Origin: an uncultured virus (IMG/VR IMGVR_UViG_3300030518_000008)
Lineage: Duplodnaviria; Heunggongvirae; Uroviricota; Caudoviricetes
Reading direction: 5' to 3' (one strand)
IMG/VR virus record: IMGVR_UViG_3300030518_000008
DNA: 20,000 nt
Shown: positions 8,605 to 15,950 of the stretch, piece after piece
Position numbering within the stretch: the stretch's first letter is position 1
How the letters are laid out: the number at the start of each line of letters is the position of its first letter
The notes under the pieces: model-generated
Seen by the model: only the letters and a program-made list of their open reading frames with translations
What the model was told of the DNA's origin: nothing
The model's database searches: none
Made by a program: the position numbers and the translations under genes

Positions 8605-10365
8605 ATGAAGCACGCTGTCGCAGCCGCCGCCCTGTGTCTTGTCGCCGCATCGCCCGCAGTGGCGCAGCGCGGGCCGCAGAGCGGGGGGCCGGCGGCAAGC
8701 ATCCTGGCCGGCGTCAACCTGAGCCTTGGCAACATCACCACCAGCGCAGGCACCACACAGACCGCGGCGGCATGGCTCACATCCCTGACCGGCGTGGTTA
8801 TCCCTGACAGCACAAACTACAACTCAGGAAAATACACCGCCTATCTGGCACCGTTCGGGCTGAGCGGGGCCACGTACACCGAGAGCATGACGGTCAATCC
8901 CGCGCTGTTTCCCGGCACGGCCAACACTGTCTGGAGCCTTCCCACCTGGTCGGGCGGCATTCGCAACTTCCTGGCAATCGACTACGGGGATTATGACGGC
9001 ACGGTGCCGACGATCCCCGTCACGCCGTCACAGATCAACAACATCGTCACGCTACAGGAAACCCATTCGATCACGCTCGGCGGCGATACCGCCAACTTCG
9101 ATGTGATTGACGATCAGTTCCTGACATCGACGGCCGGCAACAACGCAAACAACATCTACGAAGTCGAAATACTGCTGCACACGCCTTCGTTCGTGCAAAG
9201 CAGCTTCCTGGTTCTTCTGGTCCCGATCGGATCGTTCACCTCAGCGACGACGGGCATAACCTGGAATTTCGCGGAGGGTGTCGGCGCCATTCCCGATCTG
9301 GTGTTTTACCCGTCCGGCTACACGGACGAGCTGATCGGCACGGTCGATATCGGCGAAATGCTCAAGTATCTTGTTGGCATCGGCTTTCTGACCGGGTCTG
9401 AATGGTGGAACGGGTTTGGCCAGGGCGACGAGGTGAAACAGAATGCCGGATCGGCGCTGACCAACTACTTTTACGTTAACTACGTCACTGGCGCCCCGCC
9501 GTCCACGCGGCTGATCACCACGGCCGGACCCGTGACCGAGCAGGGCAGCGAAAGCACGATCATTCTCGCCAAGACCGGCGCGCAGCAATGGTCACCGACA
9601 CAGAAAAACTCAGCCATCGTGCTTGGCAACCTGGGCCTCAGCGCCGCCAGCACCCTGGCGGCGACGAATACCGAGGCGTTCGCCAACAACGGCGTATCGA
9701 GCGGCCTCTATTATTATGAGGTCGTGCCCACCCCCTACTCCGCGACAGACGGAGCTGCCACCGGCCTCGGCAACACATCCTCCAGCACTGCCAACGGCGC
9801 CTACCTGGGCAGCACGAGCGATACCGTGCAGTGGGCATACGGTGGCGGCGTGGTCAACGGCGGCAACTTCTCGTACGGCACCTGGGCGACGTGGACCACG
9901 GGCAACGTGCTGTGCTGGGCCATTGATCTCACCCACCACATGATGTGGGGGCGGGTGAACAACGGCAACTGGAACAACAGCGGCACCGCCAACCCGGCGA
10001 CAAACGCCGGCGGCTTGGCCATTCCCGCCGGCGTCTACGCATCACCGCTGGTGCCTGGCCTTCAATTCGCGCAGTCAGGCGACACCTTTGCGGCACACTT
10101 CAGCAGCGGATCATGGACTTACACGGCGCCATCGGGCTTCGGCTCCATGAATGCGGCGGGGGCCGCCACGACGTTGACGCTGATGACATCGCCGCCGACA
10201 GGACAGACGCTGACGGTCATCGATGGTCTCGGCAACGCGGGCACATACAACACCACGGTTGTTCCGGCGTCCGGGTTGATCGGTGGCGCGTCTAACAAGG
10301 TCATCAGCACCAACTATGGGTCGTTCGTGTTCACCTACACGGGCACCGGCTGGAACGTGAAGTAA
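8605..10365 (+). CDS. Secreted multidomain protein: GH12-like catalytic domain, SPRY/B30.2-like domain and tail-fibre-type beta domain
   Basis: Signal peptide MKHAVAAAALCLVAASPAVA (alternative start 8599). NFDVIDDQFL, YEVEILLH and W..GFGQGDEV resemble the GH12 AYD, E.MIW and G.E motifs. GLYYYEV...GNVLCWAIDL....MWGRVNNGNW is SPRY-like. C-terminal GQTLTVIDG.G.A....YGS....Y.G.GW is a phage fibre-type repeat. Confidence 0.65.
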   Translation: MKHAVAAAALCLVAASPAVAQRGPQSGGPAASILAGVNLSLGNITTSAGTTQTAAAWLTSLTGVVIPDSTNYNSGKYTAYLAPFGLSGATYTESMTVNPALFPGTANTVWSLPTWSGGIRNFLAIDYGDYDGTVPTIPVTPSQINNIVTLQETHSITLGGDTANFDVIDDQFLTSTAGNNANNIYEVEILLHTPSFVQSSFLVLLVPIGSFTSATTGITWNFAEGVGAIPDLVFYPSGYTDELIGTVDIGEMLKYLVGIGFLTGSEWWNGFGQGDEVKQNAGSALTNYFYVNYVTGAPPSTRLITTAGPVTEQGSESTIILAKTGAQQWSPTQKNSAIVLGNLGLSAASTLAATNTEAFANNGVSSGLYYYEVVPTPYSATDGAATGLGNTSSSTANGAYLGSTSDTVQWAYGGGVVNGGNFSYGTWATWTTGNVLCWAIDLTHHMMWGRVNNGNWNNSGTANPATNAGGLAIPAGVYASPLVPGLQFAQSGDTFAAHFSSGSWTYTAPSGFGSMNAAGAATTLTLMTSPPTGQTLTVIDGLGNAGTYNTTVVPASGLIGGASNKVISTNYGSFVFTYTGTGWNVK

Positions 10366-10372
10366 TCTCCGT

Positions 10373-10570
10373 TTAGGATATTGTCTCGACGCGGCCACTG
10401 ACGCCGCCACCACAGAACCCACCAGTCGCGCATGTCGTCATGTACGCTGGATCTGTGCTGGCGCAGTGCGGACGGAACCCAGCACGGCGCTCTGCCTTGA
10501 TCCAGACTTCCTTTAGAACCTCTTGCCAGTCAGGTTGATGATCGGCCTTGAGGAAGTATCGATAGGTCAT
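10373..10570 (-). CDS. Hypothetical phage protein
   Basis: 65-aa ORF with AGGA RBS; follows the 10592..10786 gene. Confidence 0.65.
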   Translation of the reverse strand: MTYRYFLKADHQPDWQEVLKEVWIKAERRAGFRPHCASTDPAYMTTCATGGFCGGGVSGRVETIS

Positions 10571-10591
10571 GTTTCTTTCCTGCCCGTTTGG

Positions 10592-10786
10592 CTATCGCCC
10601 AGCGATGCGCCGCAGATCGTCCACTTCCCGCGCAGCGGCGGCAAGTGTCGAGCGGGTTAGCTGCCTATGACGCTTGATGCCCTCCAATCTGGTAAGATGG
10701 ACGACTTCATAAGCCTCGGACATATCCAGTTTGCGCGGGTTATCCGTCCACTCTGGGCCTGGATCACCGACGATCTCAACCTTCAT
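10592..10786 (-). CDS. Hypothetical phage protein
   Basis: GGAGG RBS upstream of GTG-ATG (MKVEIVGD...), directly downstream of a good promoter. Confidence 0.6.
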   Translation of the reverse strand: MKVEIVGDPGPEWTDNPRKLDMSEAYEVVHLTRLEGIKRHRQLTRSTLAAAAREVDDLRRIAGR

Positions 10787-10828
10787 CACGTCGCCTCCGG
10801 TTGGTGTGTGGTCTCTGTTGCTGACGTG

Positions 10829-10857
10829 AATATGGACCACCCGACCCAGTTCGTCAA
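10829..10857 (-). promoter_or_regulatory. Leftward sigma70 promoter
   Basis: Minus strand TTGACG-N17-CATATT. Confidence 0.6.
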
Positions 10858-10865
10858 GTTTTATC

Positions 10866-10894
10866 TTGCACGTTGGTTAACTTTCCCCTATATA
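10866..10894 (+). promoter_or_regulatory. Rightward sigma70 promoter, probably giving a leaderless mRNA
   Basis: TTGCAC-N17-TATATA. ATG 10902 lies 7 nt after the -10 and has no Shine-Dalgarno. Confidence 0.6.
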
Positions 10895-10901
10895 GAATTT
10901 C

Positions 10902-11567
10902 ATGACGCGGACTTACCTATCCAACATCAGGCCGGACTGGCCGACTGCCCGGCAGGAAGAACTGCTTGATCGGGCAATTCCCGAATGGCGATCAGGCGCG
11001 GTCTATCGAGACATCCTTCCTCGCGCTGGTCTCAAGTCTCGAAGGTCGCTCAAAGAACGCGATACCAACCTGCTGCGCGCTCACGGTCGAGTGAATGTTG
11101 ATGAGATTATTTGGGTCGCCAGCTTGACGGTCCTCGCATGGAACACGACCGACCTTATGGCTGTTCTGATGCGGGTTGCCGCTCGGCATGAGCAGCTTCA
11201 GGCCATTGCTGAAAACTTGCTTATCAATCCGGCCAATGCAGACCTGGATGGGCTTAAGACAGCCTTCCGTAGCGCCTTACGCCGCTTTAGTCCGGCTGGA
11301 GTGCCAGGGGGAGAGGCTTCAGGCAAAAGGCGCAGTGAGATTGCCCAGGCTTCCGTGGAGAAGATGCGGCCCTATTGGGCGCTACCGAGTGCGGATTACC
11401 CCACCACCAAACTGTGCAAGGAGTTCGGTGTCTCGCGACCGACAGCGTTCTTGTATCTCGGGAAGCGTAAGGATGCGCAGAAACAGCATGAAGCCGGGCT
11501 AAAGGTCGCGGAATCAAACCGAAAACGAAAGAAGCGTGGAAAGGATTATCAAGATGAACAAGCCTGA
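10902..11567 (+). CDS. Degenerate serine-resolvase-like protein with C-terminal HTH
   Basis: Y.......RQ..LL......VY.D......ER..LL......I.V.SL..LA....DL...L......L..I follows the resolvase catalytic-domain pattern. C-terminal TTKLCKEFGVSRPTAF.YL is a resolvase-type HTH. The YxRVS and DRLxR residues are absent. Confidence 0.65.
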   Translation: MTRTYLSNIRPDWPTARQEELLDRAIPEWRSGAVYRDILPRAGLKSRRSLKERDTNLLRAHGRVNVDEIIWVASLTVLAWNTTDLMAVLMRVAARHEQLQAIAENLLINPANADLDGLKTAFRSALRRFSPAGVPGGEASGKRRSEIAQASVEKMRPYWALPSADYPTTKLCKEFGVSRPTAFLYLGKRKDAQKQHEAGLKVAESNRKRKKRGKDYQDEQA

Positions 11568-11877
11568 CCCAACCAAGCCGCAGCGCATCCAGCGCAAACG
11601 CGAAAGGGGCTGGAGGATGCCGGAAGGCGCTGTTTATGTCGGACGCCCGACGAAATGGGGTAATCCGTTCCCGTGGCAAGCGCAGAGCAATTTGTTCAAT
11701 ACAGAGCGCGAAATGCGGGCCGAAGTGGTGGACATGTATCGTGATTGGCGTAGCGATAGCCCGGATTGGGTCAACGAAGTCAGGACCGAACTAGGAGGCA
11801 AATCACTGGCATGCTTCTGTCCGCTAGATCAGCCATGCCACGCCGATGTTTTGTTGGAGATCGCAAATGGCAAGTGA
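11554..11877 (+). CDS. DUF4326-family phage protein
   Basis: RIQR.R..GWRMP..AVYVGRP.KWGNPF...L.GK.LACFC.LD.PCHADVLL signature. Confidence 0.88.
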   Translation: MNKPDPTKPQRIQRKRERGWRMPEGAVYVGRPTKWGNPFPWQAQSNLFNTEREMRAEVVDMYRDWRSDSPDWVNEVRTELGGKSLACFCPLDQPCHADVLLEIANGK

Positions 11878-12190
11878 CCAACCTGAAACGACAGTCGAAT
11901 GCTGCGCCTGTCACGGGAAGGGTTCAATGGCGGCCTTCGTTGACGGAGCGGAAGGCGGCCACTTTGACCCAGCAATACGCTGCGGTCTGTGTCTCGGTGA
12001 GAAGCGTATATCGGCCACAAAAGCTGATTGGGTGGCGCGCGGCAGGACACACTACAAGGCGCGCGTCGCTCGCGGCGAAGGCGTTCGTGATTGTGCCAGG
12101 CGCCTTGGACTTAGAGCAGCAGAACTTAGCGGCATGGAACATGGCCGCACCGACCCTGGCAGGCTGGAGGCTGAATCAAATGCCCGCTGA
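11867..12190 (+). CDS. Zn-finger (CxxCxGxG) plus XRE HTH protein
   Basis: CCACHGKG and CGLCLGE, followed by R..RG.GVRDCARRLGL..AELS.MEHGR. GGAG RBS; overlaps the upstream stop. Confidence 0.7.
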   Translation: MASDQPETTVECCACHGKGSMAAFVDGAEGGHFDPAIRCGLCLGEKRISATKADWVARGRTHYKARVARGEGVRDCARRLGLRAAELSGMEHGRTDPGRLEAESNAR

Positions 12191-12440
12191 AATCCCAACG
12201 ACCGCCGAACTAAGGGGCTTTCGAGTTCGGGAACACTCCCCTGGAATAATGGGTGTAGAGATTGATAGTGGTGGCGAGCGGGTGTTCTCAATGGACTACA
12301 ACCCCCGCACCACAATGGCGTTACGTCAGTTGCTCGATGCCATGCGCCTGGAAGTCAAGATCGGCGCTGAAGGCATTCCCGACCTATCAGTCTGGCGTGG
12401 AGCGTTCAATATCCCGAAGGCAACCGACGATGCCCGATAA
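12180..12440 (+). CDS. Hypothetical phage protein
   Basis: ATG 12180 with GGAGG RBS, overlapping the upstream gene (MPAEIPTT...). Confidence 0.6.
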   Translation: MPAEIPTTAELRGFRVREHSPGIMGVEIDSGGERVFSMDYNPRTTMALRQLLDAMRLEVKIGAEGIPDLSVWRGAFNIPKATDDAR

Positions 12441-12571
12441 CCCGATGACCGCGATCCAGAATCTGAATCCGCTGAATTTTCCAAATGCCCCTTTAAGGAT
12501 TCCGGCGCTGGCCCTATATTCGGTTCGGCTGATGACCGTGACGTGGTCTGTTGTTTCCTCCCTTTCAAACT

Positions 12572-12598
12572 AAAGGCGCCCTAGGCGCCTTTCTTTTT
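12572..12598 (+). terminator. Intrinsic terminator, possibly bidirectional
   Basis: AAAGGCGCC-CTA-GGCGCCTTT followed by CTTTTT, located between convergent operons. Confidence 0.75.
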
Positions 12599-12689
12599 AC
12601 ATTTCCGAGGCCACGACGATCGCGAGCAGCACCACGCCAGAAATGGCGATGATGCAGGCTATCAGGACGGGCCAGGCGGTTTCCGCCAT
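12597..12689 (-). CDS. Small hydrophobic peptide, 30 aa (MAETAWPVLIACIIAISGVVLLAIVVASEM)
   Basis: Single TM-like helix; stop abuts the terminator; no clear RBS. Confidence 0.4.
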   Translation of the reverse strand: MAETAWPVLIACIIAISGVVLLAIVVASEM

Positions 12690-12735
12690 GTGGTAACGCG
12701 GCGCTGGCGGTTCGTCCGGTGGCGGGCGCCCCCAG

Positions 12736-12939
12736 TTATCGTGATTCCCGTCGAACGGCATCGGTCCTCTCCATCTGGTTTAGAACCAGCGTAACCCATT
12801 TGGGAAAGGGGCGGAAAATTCCGCCCCTTGTCTTGCCCCAGCCTCCGACCGTGTTCTTGTTGCATCCGGTCAGCTCGGCGAAATCCAGAATTGACAGTCC
12901 GCGACTGCGCAGTTCATCGCGGAATTCCATCGGCGTCAC
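12736..12939 (-). CDS. Small HTH DNA-binding protein
   Basis: MTP.EFR..L...GLS...FAELTG....TV..W.......P.WV..VL is a typical XRE-like pattern. Confidence 0.75.
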   Translation of the reverse strand: MTPMEFRDELRSRGLSILDFAELTGCNKNTVGGWGKTRGGIFRPFPKWVTLVLNQMERTDAVRRESR

Positions 12940-13010
12940 CGGCCGGAATCCGATGCGTTGCGGGCAAGGTCGACCATGCTCGGCGTGAGTTGAATGCTAT
13001 AAATTGACAT
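12936..13010 (-). CDS. Small peptide, 24 aa (MSIYSIQLTPSMVDLARNASDSGR)
   Basis: GAGGGGA RBS; its TGA overlaps the GTG of the HTH gene (GTGA coupling). Confidence 0.4.
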   Translation of the reverse strand: MSIYSIQLTPSMVDLARNASDSGR

Positions 13011-13104
13011 TTGTTCCCCTCAGTCCTTGATGGAATCTGATACGTCGCTCCCCTGCGGGAAGCGGAAAGCTGTCCATGACACCCATAGCTGCCATGGCGC
13101 ATCG

Positions 13105-13287
13105 TCAGTCAGCCGCTTCGGCCGTGGCGGTATCGTCAACGGATCTGGCGATTTCTCGTGAACGGTCAGCAGCCTTAGATCTAGCTTGTTCAAGTTTGTT
13201 TCCCCTGATTTTCTGGTGGCAGCGCTGCCTTAGTCGAGCGGCGCGCGTCAGCAGCAGACGCACGCCTAGCTCCGGATCGTCAGTCAT
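13105..13287 (-). CDS. Hypothetical phage protein
   Basis: 60-aa ORF overlapping the upstream gene's stop in the leftward operon. Confidence 0.5.
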   Translation of the reverse strand: MTDDPELGVRLLLTRAARLRQRCHQKIRGNKLEQARSKAADRSREIARSVDDTATAEAAD

Positions 13288-13471
13288 GTAGCAGCGCCGG
13301 AAGATACTTCGATGTGGCGATAAGCTCCATCGATGAGCGGCCCATGCTGCAAGGGCGCCAAGTGCTAAGGATCAGTTCGGCAAAGGGCAGTCGGTGAAAC
13401 ATCTCCTCTGCCTCTTTGAGCGTGAGAAAGTCACGGCATAGCGTGGCGCTGATAACCTGATAGGTGGTCAT
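13280..13471 (-). CDS. Hypothetical phage protein
   Basis: AGGAG RBS; ATGA-coupled to the upstream gene. Confidence 0.6.
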   Translation of the reverse strand: MTTYQVISATLCRDFLTLKEAEEMFHRLPFAELILSTWRPCSMGRSSMELIATSKYLPALLHD

Positions 13472-13641
13472 GCGGCATGTTCTCCTGTGCCAGGTGCATT
13501 TTCCGGTGTCAGCAGCATCAGCACGAAATCAATGCGTCGCTGCAAATCCGTTGGTGGTGGCGGTTCATGGTGTCCGGCTTGCCGTAATGCGCGGTAGGCA
13601 TCAGCAAGTTGGCCAACCAACTTCATCTGGTAGCTTGTCAT
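13468..13641 (-). CDS. Hypothetical phage protein, 57 aa (MTSYQMKLVGQLADAYRALRQ...)
   Basis: GGGGAG RBS; fills the gap exactly; ATGA overlap with the next gene. Not in the ORF track. Confidence 0.6.
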   Translation of the reverse strand: MTSYQMKLVGQLADAYRALRQAGHHEPPPPTDLQRRIDFVLMLLTPENAPGTGEHAA

Positions 13642-13655
13642 ATATGTTTTCTCCC

Positions 13656-14024
13656 CTAGCCGTCTCCGGAGCCGCCACGGTAGCCGTCGCCGCCGCCCCA
13701 GCCGTAGCCGTCGCCGGCGCCAGAGCCACCGCCGTAGCCACCGCCCCAGCCGTCACCGTAGCCGTCGCCGAAGCCGCAGCCGTCACCTTCGCCGCCACCC
13801 CAGCCGTAGCCGTCGCCGGCGCCGCCGCTGTAGCCGTCACCGTACCCCAGGCCGCAGCCGTCGCCGGAGCCCCAGCCGGAGCCCAAGCCGTAGCTGGGGC
13901 CCCAGCCGAGGCCGAGGCCGGGGCTGGAGCCGGAGCCGTAGACGTAGCCGGAGCCGCCATCCCAGCCGTCACCGTCGTGGCCGTGGTGTCTGGTCGCCAC
14001 ATCAGTCCTCGATAAATTTGACAT
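13656..14024 (-). CDS. Gly-rich repeat protein (GDGYG/GWG repeats)
   Basis: Gly-X dipeptide repeats with D/Y/W/S; GGAG RBS; follows the DUF6948-like gene, a pairing I recall as common in phages. Confidence 0.65.
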   Translation of the reverse strand: MSNLSRTDVATRHHGHDGDGWDGGSGYVYGSGSSPGLGLGWGPSYGLGSGWGSGDGCGLGYGDGYSGGAGDGYGWGGGEGDGCGFGDGYGDGWGGGYGGGSGAGDGYGWGGGDGYRGGSGDG

Positions 14025-14286
14025 ATGTTTTCTCCGCCGCTGCCGTTGTCGGGATGAATTCTATGCAATTGGTCAGAAACACCTGCGGTGTACGGTTCAA
14101 CCGCCCGCCCTTGATGCCGTTCGTCGCCACGGCCGAGAGCGAAAGCCCCCCATTTTCCCAGCGCCACAGGCGCAGTGCATCCGTGAGGTGCGCTTCCATG
14201 CCGTCGGCGCTAACGAGCGTGCCAATGTGGACACCGGCCGAGTAGGTGCGGATCAGTACGCGTTGGCCGATAAGTGGATTTTCCAT
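14002..14286 (-). CDS. DUF6948-like phage protein
   Basis: IG..V.IRTYSAGV..G.L......L..A.RLW.W....SLS.VA..GI motif; AGGAGAG RBS before ATG 14286. Confidence 0.75.
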   Translation of the reverse strand: MENPLIGQRVLIRTYSAGVHIGTLVSADGMEAHLTDALRLWRWENGGLSLSAVATNGIKGGRLNRTPQVFLTNCIEFIPTTAAAEKTYVKFIED

Positions 14287-14347
14287 GTATCTCTCCTGTT
14301 TCCCGACTGGTGTCGGTAGAGCCGGGCTAACCCGGACTCCATCGGCA

Positions 14348-15247
14348 TCAGGCCGCAACGGTGTCGCAGCGCTGAATCAGCTCCTTTAGCGAGCAGCAGA
14401 ACGTGCCGTTATCTTCTGGGCGCGGAAGTTCGCCCGGCCGCACGAAAGCCAGCGGCCTATGCGCGTGCGCGGCGTCAACGGGGAACAATCCAGCCAAAAC
14501 CTTGGTCTGCGCACGGGCAATCCGCGCCTTGCGCGCCGCATTGAAACAGCCCGATGCGTTCCAGATATCGGGCTCAACCTTTCCGTAGCTGCCGAAGCTT
14601 GTTCTGTCTGCGGTGCGAAACACCGCCCGTTTATTGGTTTCCAGAAAACGAGCCAGCGATTCATGGCTATCAAAGCGATACCAGGAATCCGATTTGATGT
14701 GCTCAACATAGCCAAAGCCATCAATGCCGAAATGGACATCGTAAGCCCCGCCCTCGACATTCACCCACGGCCCGGTCCAACGGTCACGCTGCATGATCCC
14801 CATCGGGATATCCAAAACGTTCGCCTTGCGCGGAACGGCTTGCCGGGCTGCATTCAATCCATCAACGAAGTCTGATCCGTCACCATCGGACGAAACACTG
14901 TGCGTTTCGGTCACGCTGGCAAGGTAGCAAAGGCATGCCGTTGCCGCGACATCGTACGGCTTGCACGCTGTTTTGCAGGAATCGTAGCCGGCCTCTCCGC
15001 CCGCCCATGACTTCACACGCTTGCGCGTGATGGTGAACGTCGCGTGCGAATCGTCCCCACTGCCGTTGAAAGCGATTTCATCGGCGCCGAAAGAAGGCCG
15101 GGTGCGCCGCTCCCCCCTGCCATCAGCAAGCGGAATGCCTAGTTCGTTTTCGACGTATGACAGTATAGCGCCAATGTCTTCTGACAATTCCATCCATTCG
15201 TCTTGTGTAAAGGCGCGGGTTTGCGCCCAGTAATGTGTATAGCCCAT
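14348..15247 (-). CDS. Conserved phage hypothetical protein (MGYTHYW family) with C-terminal extension
   Basis: MGYTHYW...I.FNG...H.TF...CKT..KPYD..A.A.L...VSSDG pattern; GAGGGA RBS. Confidence 0.78.
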   Translation of the reverse strand: MGYTHYWAQTRAFTQDEWMELSEDIGAILSYVENELGIPLADGRGERRTRPSFGADEIAFNGSGDDSHATFTITRKRVKSWAGGEAGYDSCKTACKPYDVAATACLCYLASVTETHSVSSDGDGSDFVDGLNAARQAVPRKANVLDIPMGIMQRDRWTGPWVNVEGGAYDVHFGIDGFGYVEHIKSDSWYRFDSHESLARFLETNKRAVFRTADRTSFGSYGKVEPDIWNASGCFNAARKARIARAQTKVLAGLFPVDAAHAHRPLAFVRPGELPRPEDNGTFCCSLKELIQRCDTVAA

Positions 15248-15274
15248 GGCTTTGTCCCTCTTTTTTGTTCAGTC

Positions 15275-15346
15275 TCAGAATGCTGCGTGGAGCACCTCCA
15301 GCAGCGCCAGCATGATCAACATCCATTCCAGGTGATCGCGCGTCAT
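15275..15346 (-). CDS. Small hydrophobic peptide, 23 aa (MTRDHLEWMLIMLALLEVLHAAF)
   Basis: ATGA overlap with the upstream gene's stop. Confidence 0.4.
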   Translation of the reverse strand: MTRDHLEWMLIMLALLEVLHAAF

Positions 15347-15561
15347 TCCACGCGCCAACTCAGCGTTGGCGCATCTTCGCTCTCAACCTCAAAATACGTC
15401 GGTCCCTCCCAATCGCCGCACCTGGCTTCCCATTCCAAGTCGGTGCCCAGCGCCATTTCGGCAACGATCTCCGGGTCGGCATCGTCATCGGCGTCAATCT
15501 CGACGCTCGCCCGCTCGTAGCGGGTGATCGCGTTGGTAATGGTTACTTTGTATTTGGTCAT
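15343..15561 (-). CDS. Small acidic phage protein
   Basis: MTKYKVTI.......SVEIDA.D....A..A pattern common in phage early genes; GGGG RBS. Confidence 0.7.
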   Translation of the reverse strand: MTKYKVTITNAITRYERASVEIDADDDADPEIVAEMALGTDLEWEARCGDWEGPTYFEVESEDAPTLSWRVE

Positions 15562-15633
15562 TTATTTCCCCATTGCTTCGTGTATTGAAGTAGCGGCAAG
15601 TAAAGCCAGCATGAAGAATACGAACGGTATCAT
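15562..15633 (-). CDS. Small hydrophobic peptide, 23 aa (MIPFVFFMLALLAATSIHEAMGK)
   Basis: GAGGGA RBS; stop abuts the next ATG. Confidence 0.45.
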   Translation of the reverse strand: MIPFVFFMLALLAATSIHEAMGK

Positions 15634-15950
15634 GGTGTTTCCCTCGTTGGTGTCAGGCGGCGCCGAAGCGCCGCCGGTTGCGTCAGTGCAGAAGGTCGGC
15701 CAGTCCAAGACGTTCGAATTCCGCCCTGAGTTCCTTCATCGTATGCGCGTACCAGCAGGCGGCATTGAGCGCGGATCGTTTCTGCTTTCTGCGCATGTCC
15801 AGCCGCGATGCTCTCGACGGCATCCCGAAGCATCCCAGCATGTTCCTCAATGGCTAGTAGCCGCTGCATTTCTGAGGTCTTCCGCTGGCGCCGCCTAGCC
15901 TGTCGTTCGGCATCTGTGAGGGGCCTAAGCCCCTCGGTTTTGCGAGGCAT
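15630..15950 (-). CDS. Hypothetical phage protein with basic LT.AERQ.R.R.R motif
   Basis: TAATG coupling to the upstream gene; N-terminal basic helix typical of small phage DNA-binding proteins. Confidence 0.65.
   Translation of the reverse strand: MPRKTEGLRPLTDAERQARRRQRKTSEMQRLLAIEEHAGMLRDAVESIAAGHAQKAETIRAQCRLLVRAYDEGTQGGIRTSWTGRPSALTQPAALRRRLTPTRETP

Noticed and set aside
10902..11567. Call as an active integrase or invertase with an invertible segment
   Set aside because: Catalytic residues are missing, there is no large-serine recombinase domain, and I found no flanking inverted recombination sites.
12430..12573. 47-aa ORF MPDNPMTAIQ... before the terminator
   Set aside because: It overlaps the upstream stop but has a weak RBS and no recognisable features, so it was left uncalled.
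13660..13980. Repeated GCCGTAGCCGTC units resembling a CRISPR array or VNTR
   Set aside because: There are no constant repeats with unique spacers; the pattern is explained by Gly-X codons.
13464..14167. Long Ala/Val/Thr-rich ORFs 13464..14015 (+) and 13601..14167 (-)
   Set aside because: They are shadow frames of the Gly-repeat gene; the repeats lack stop codons in the other frames.
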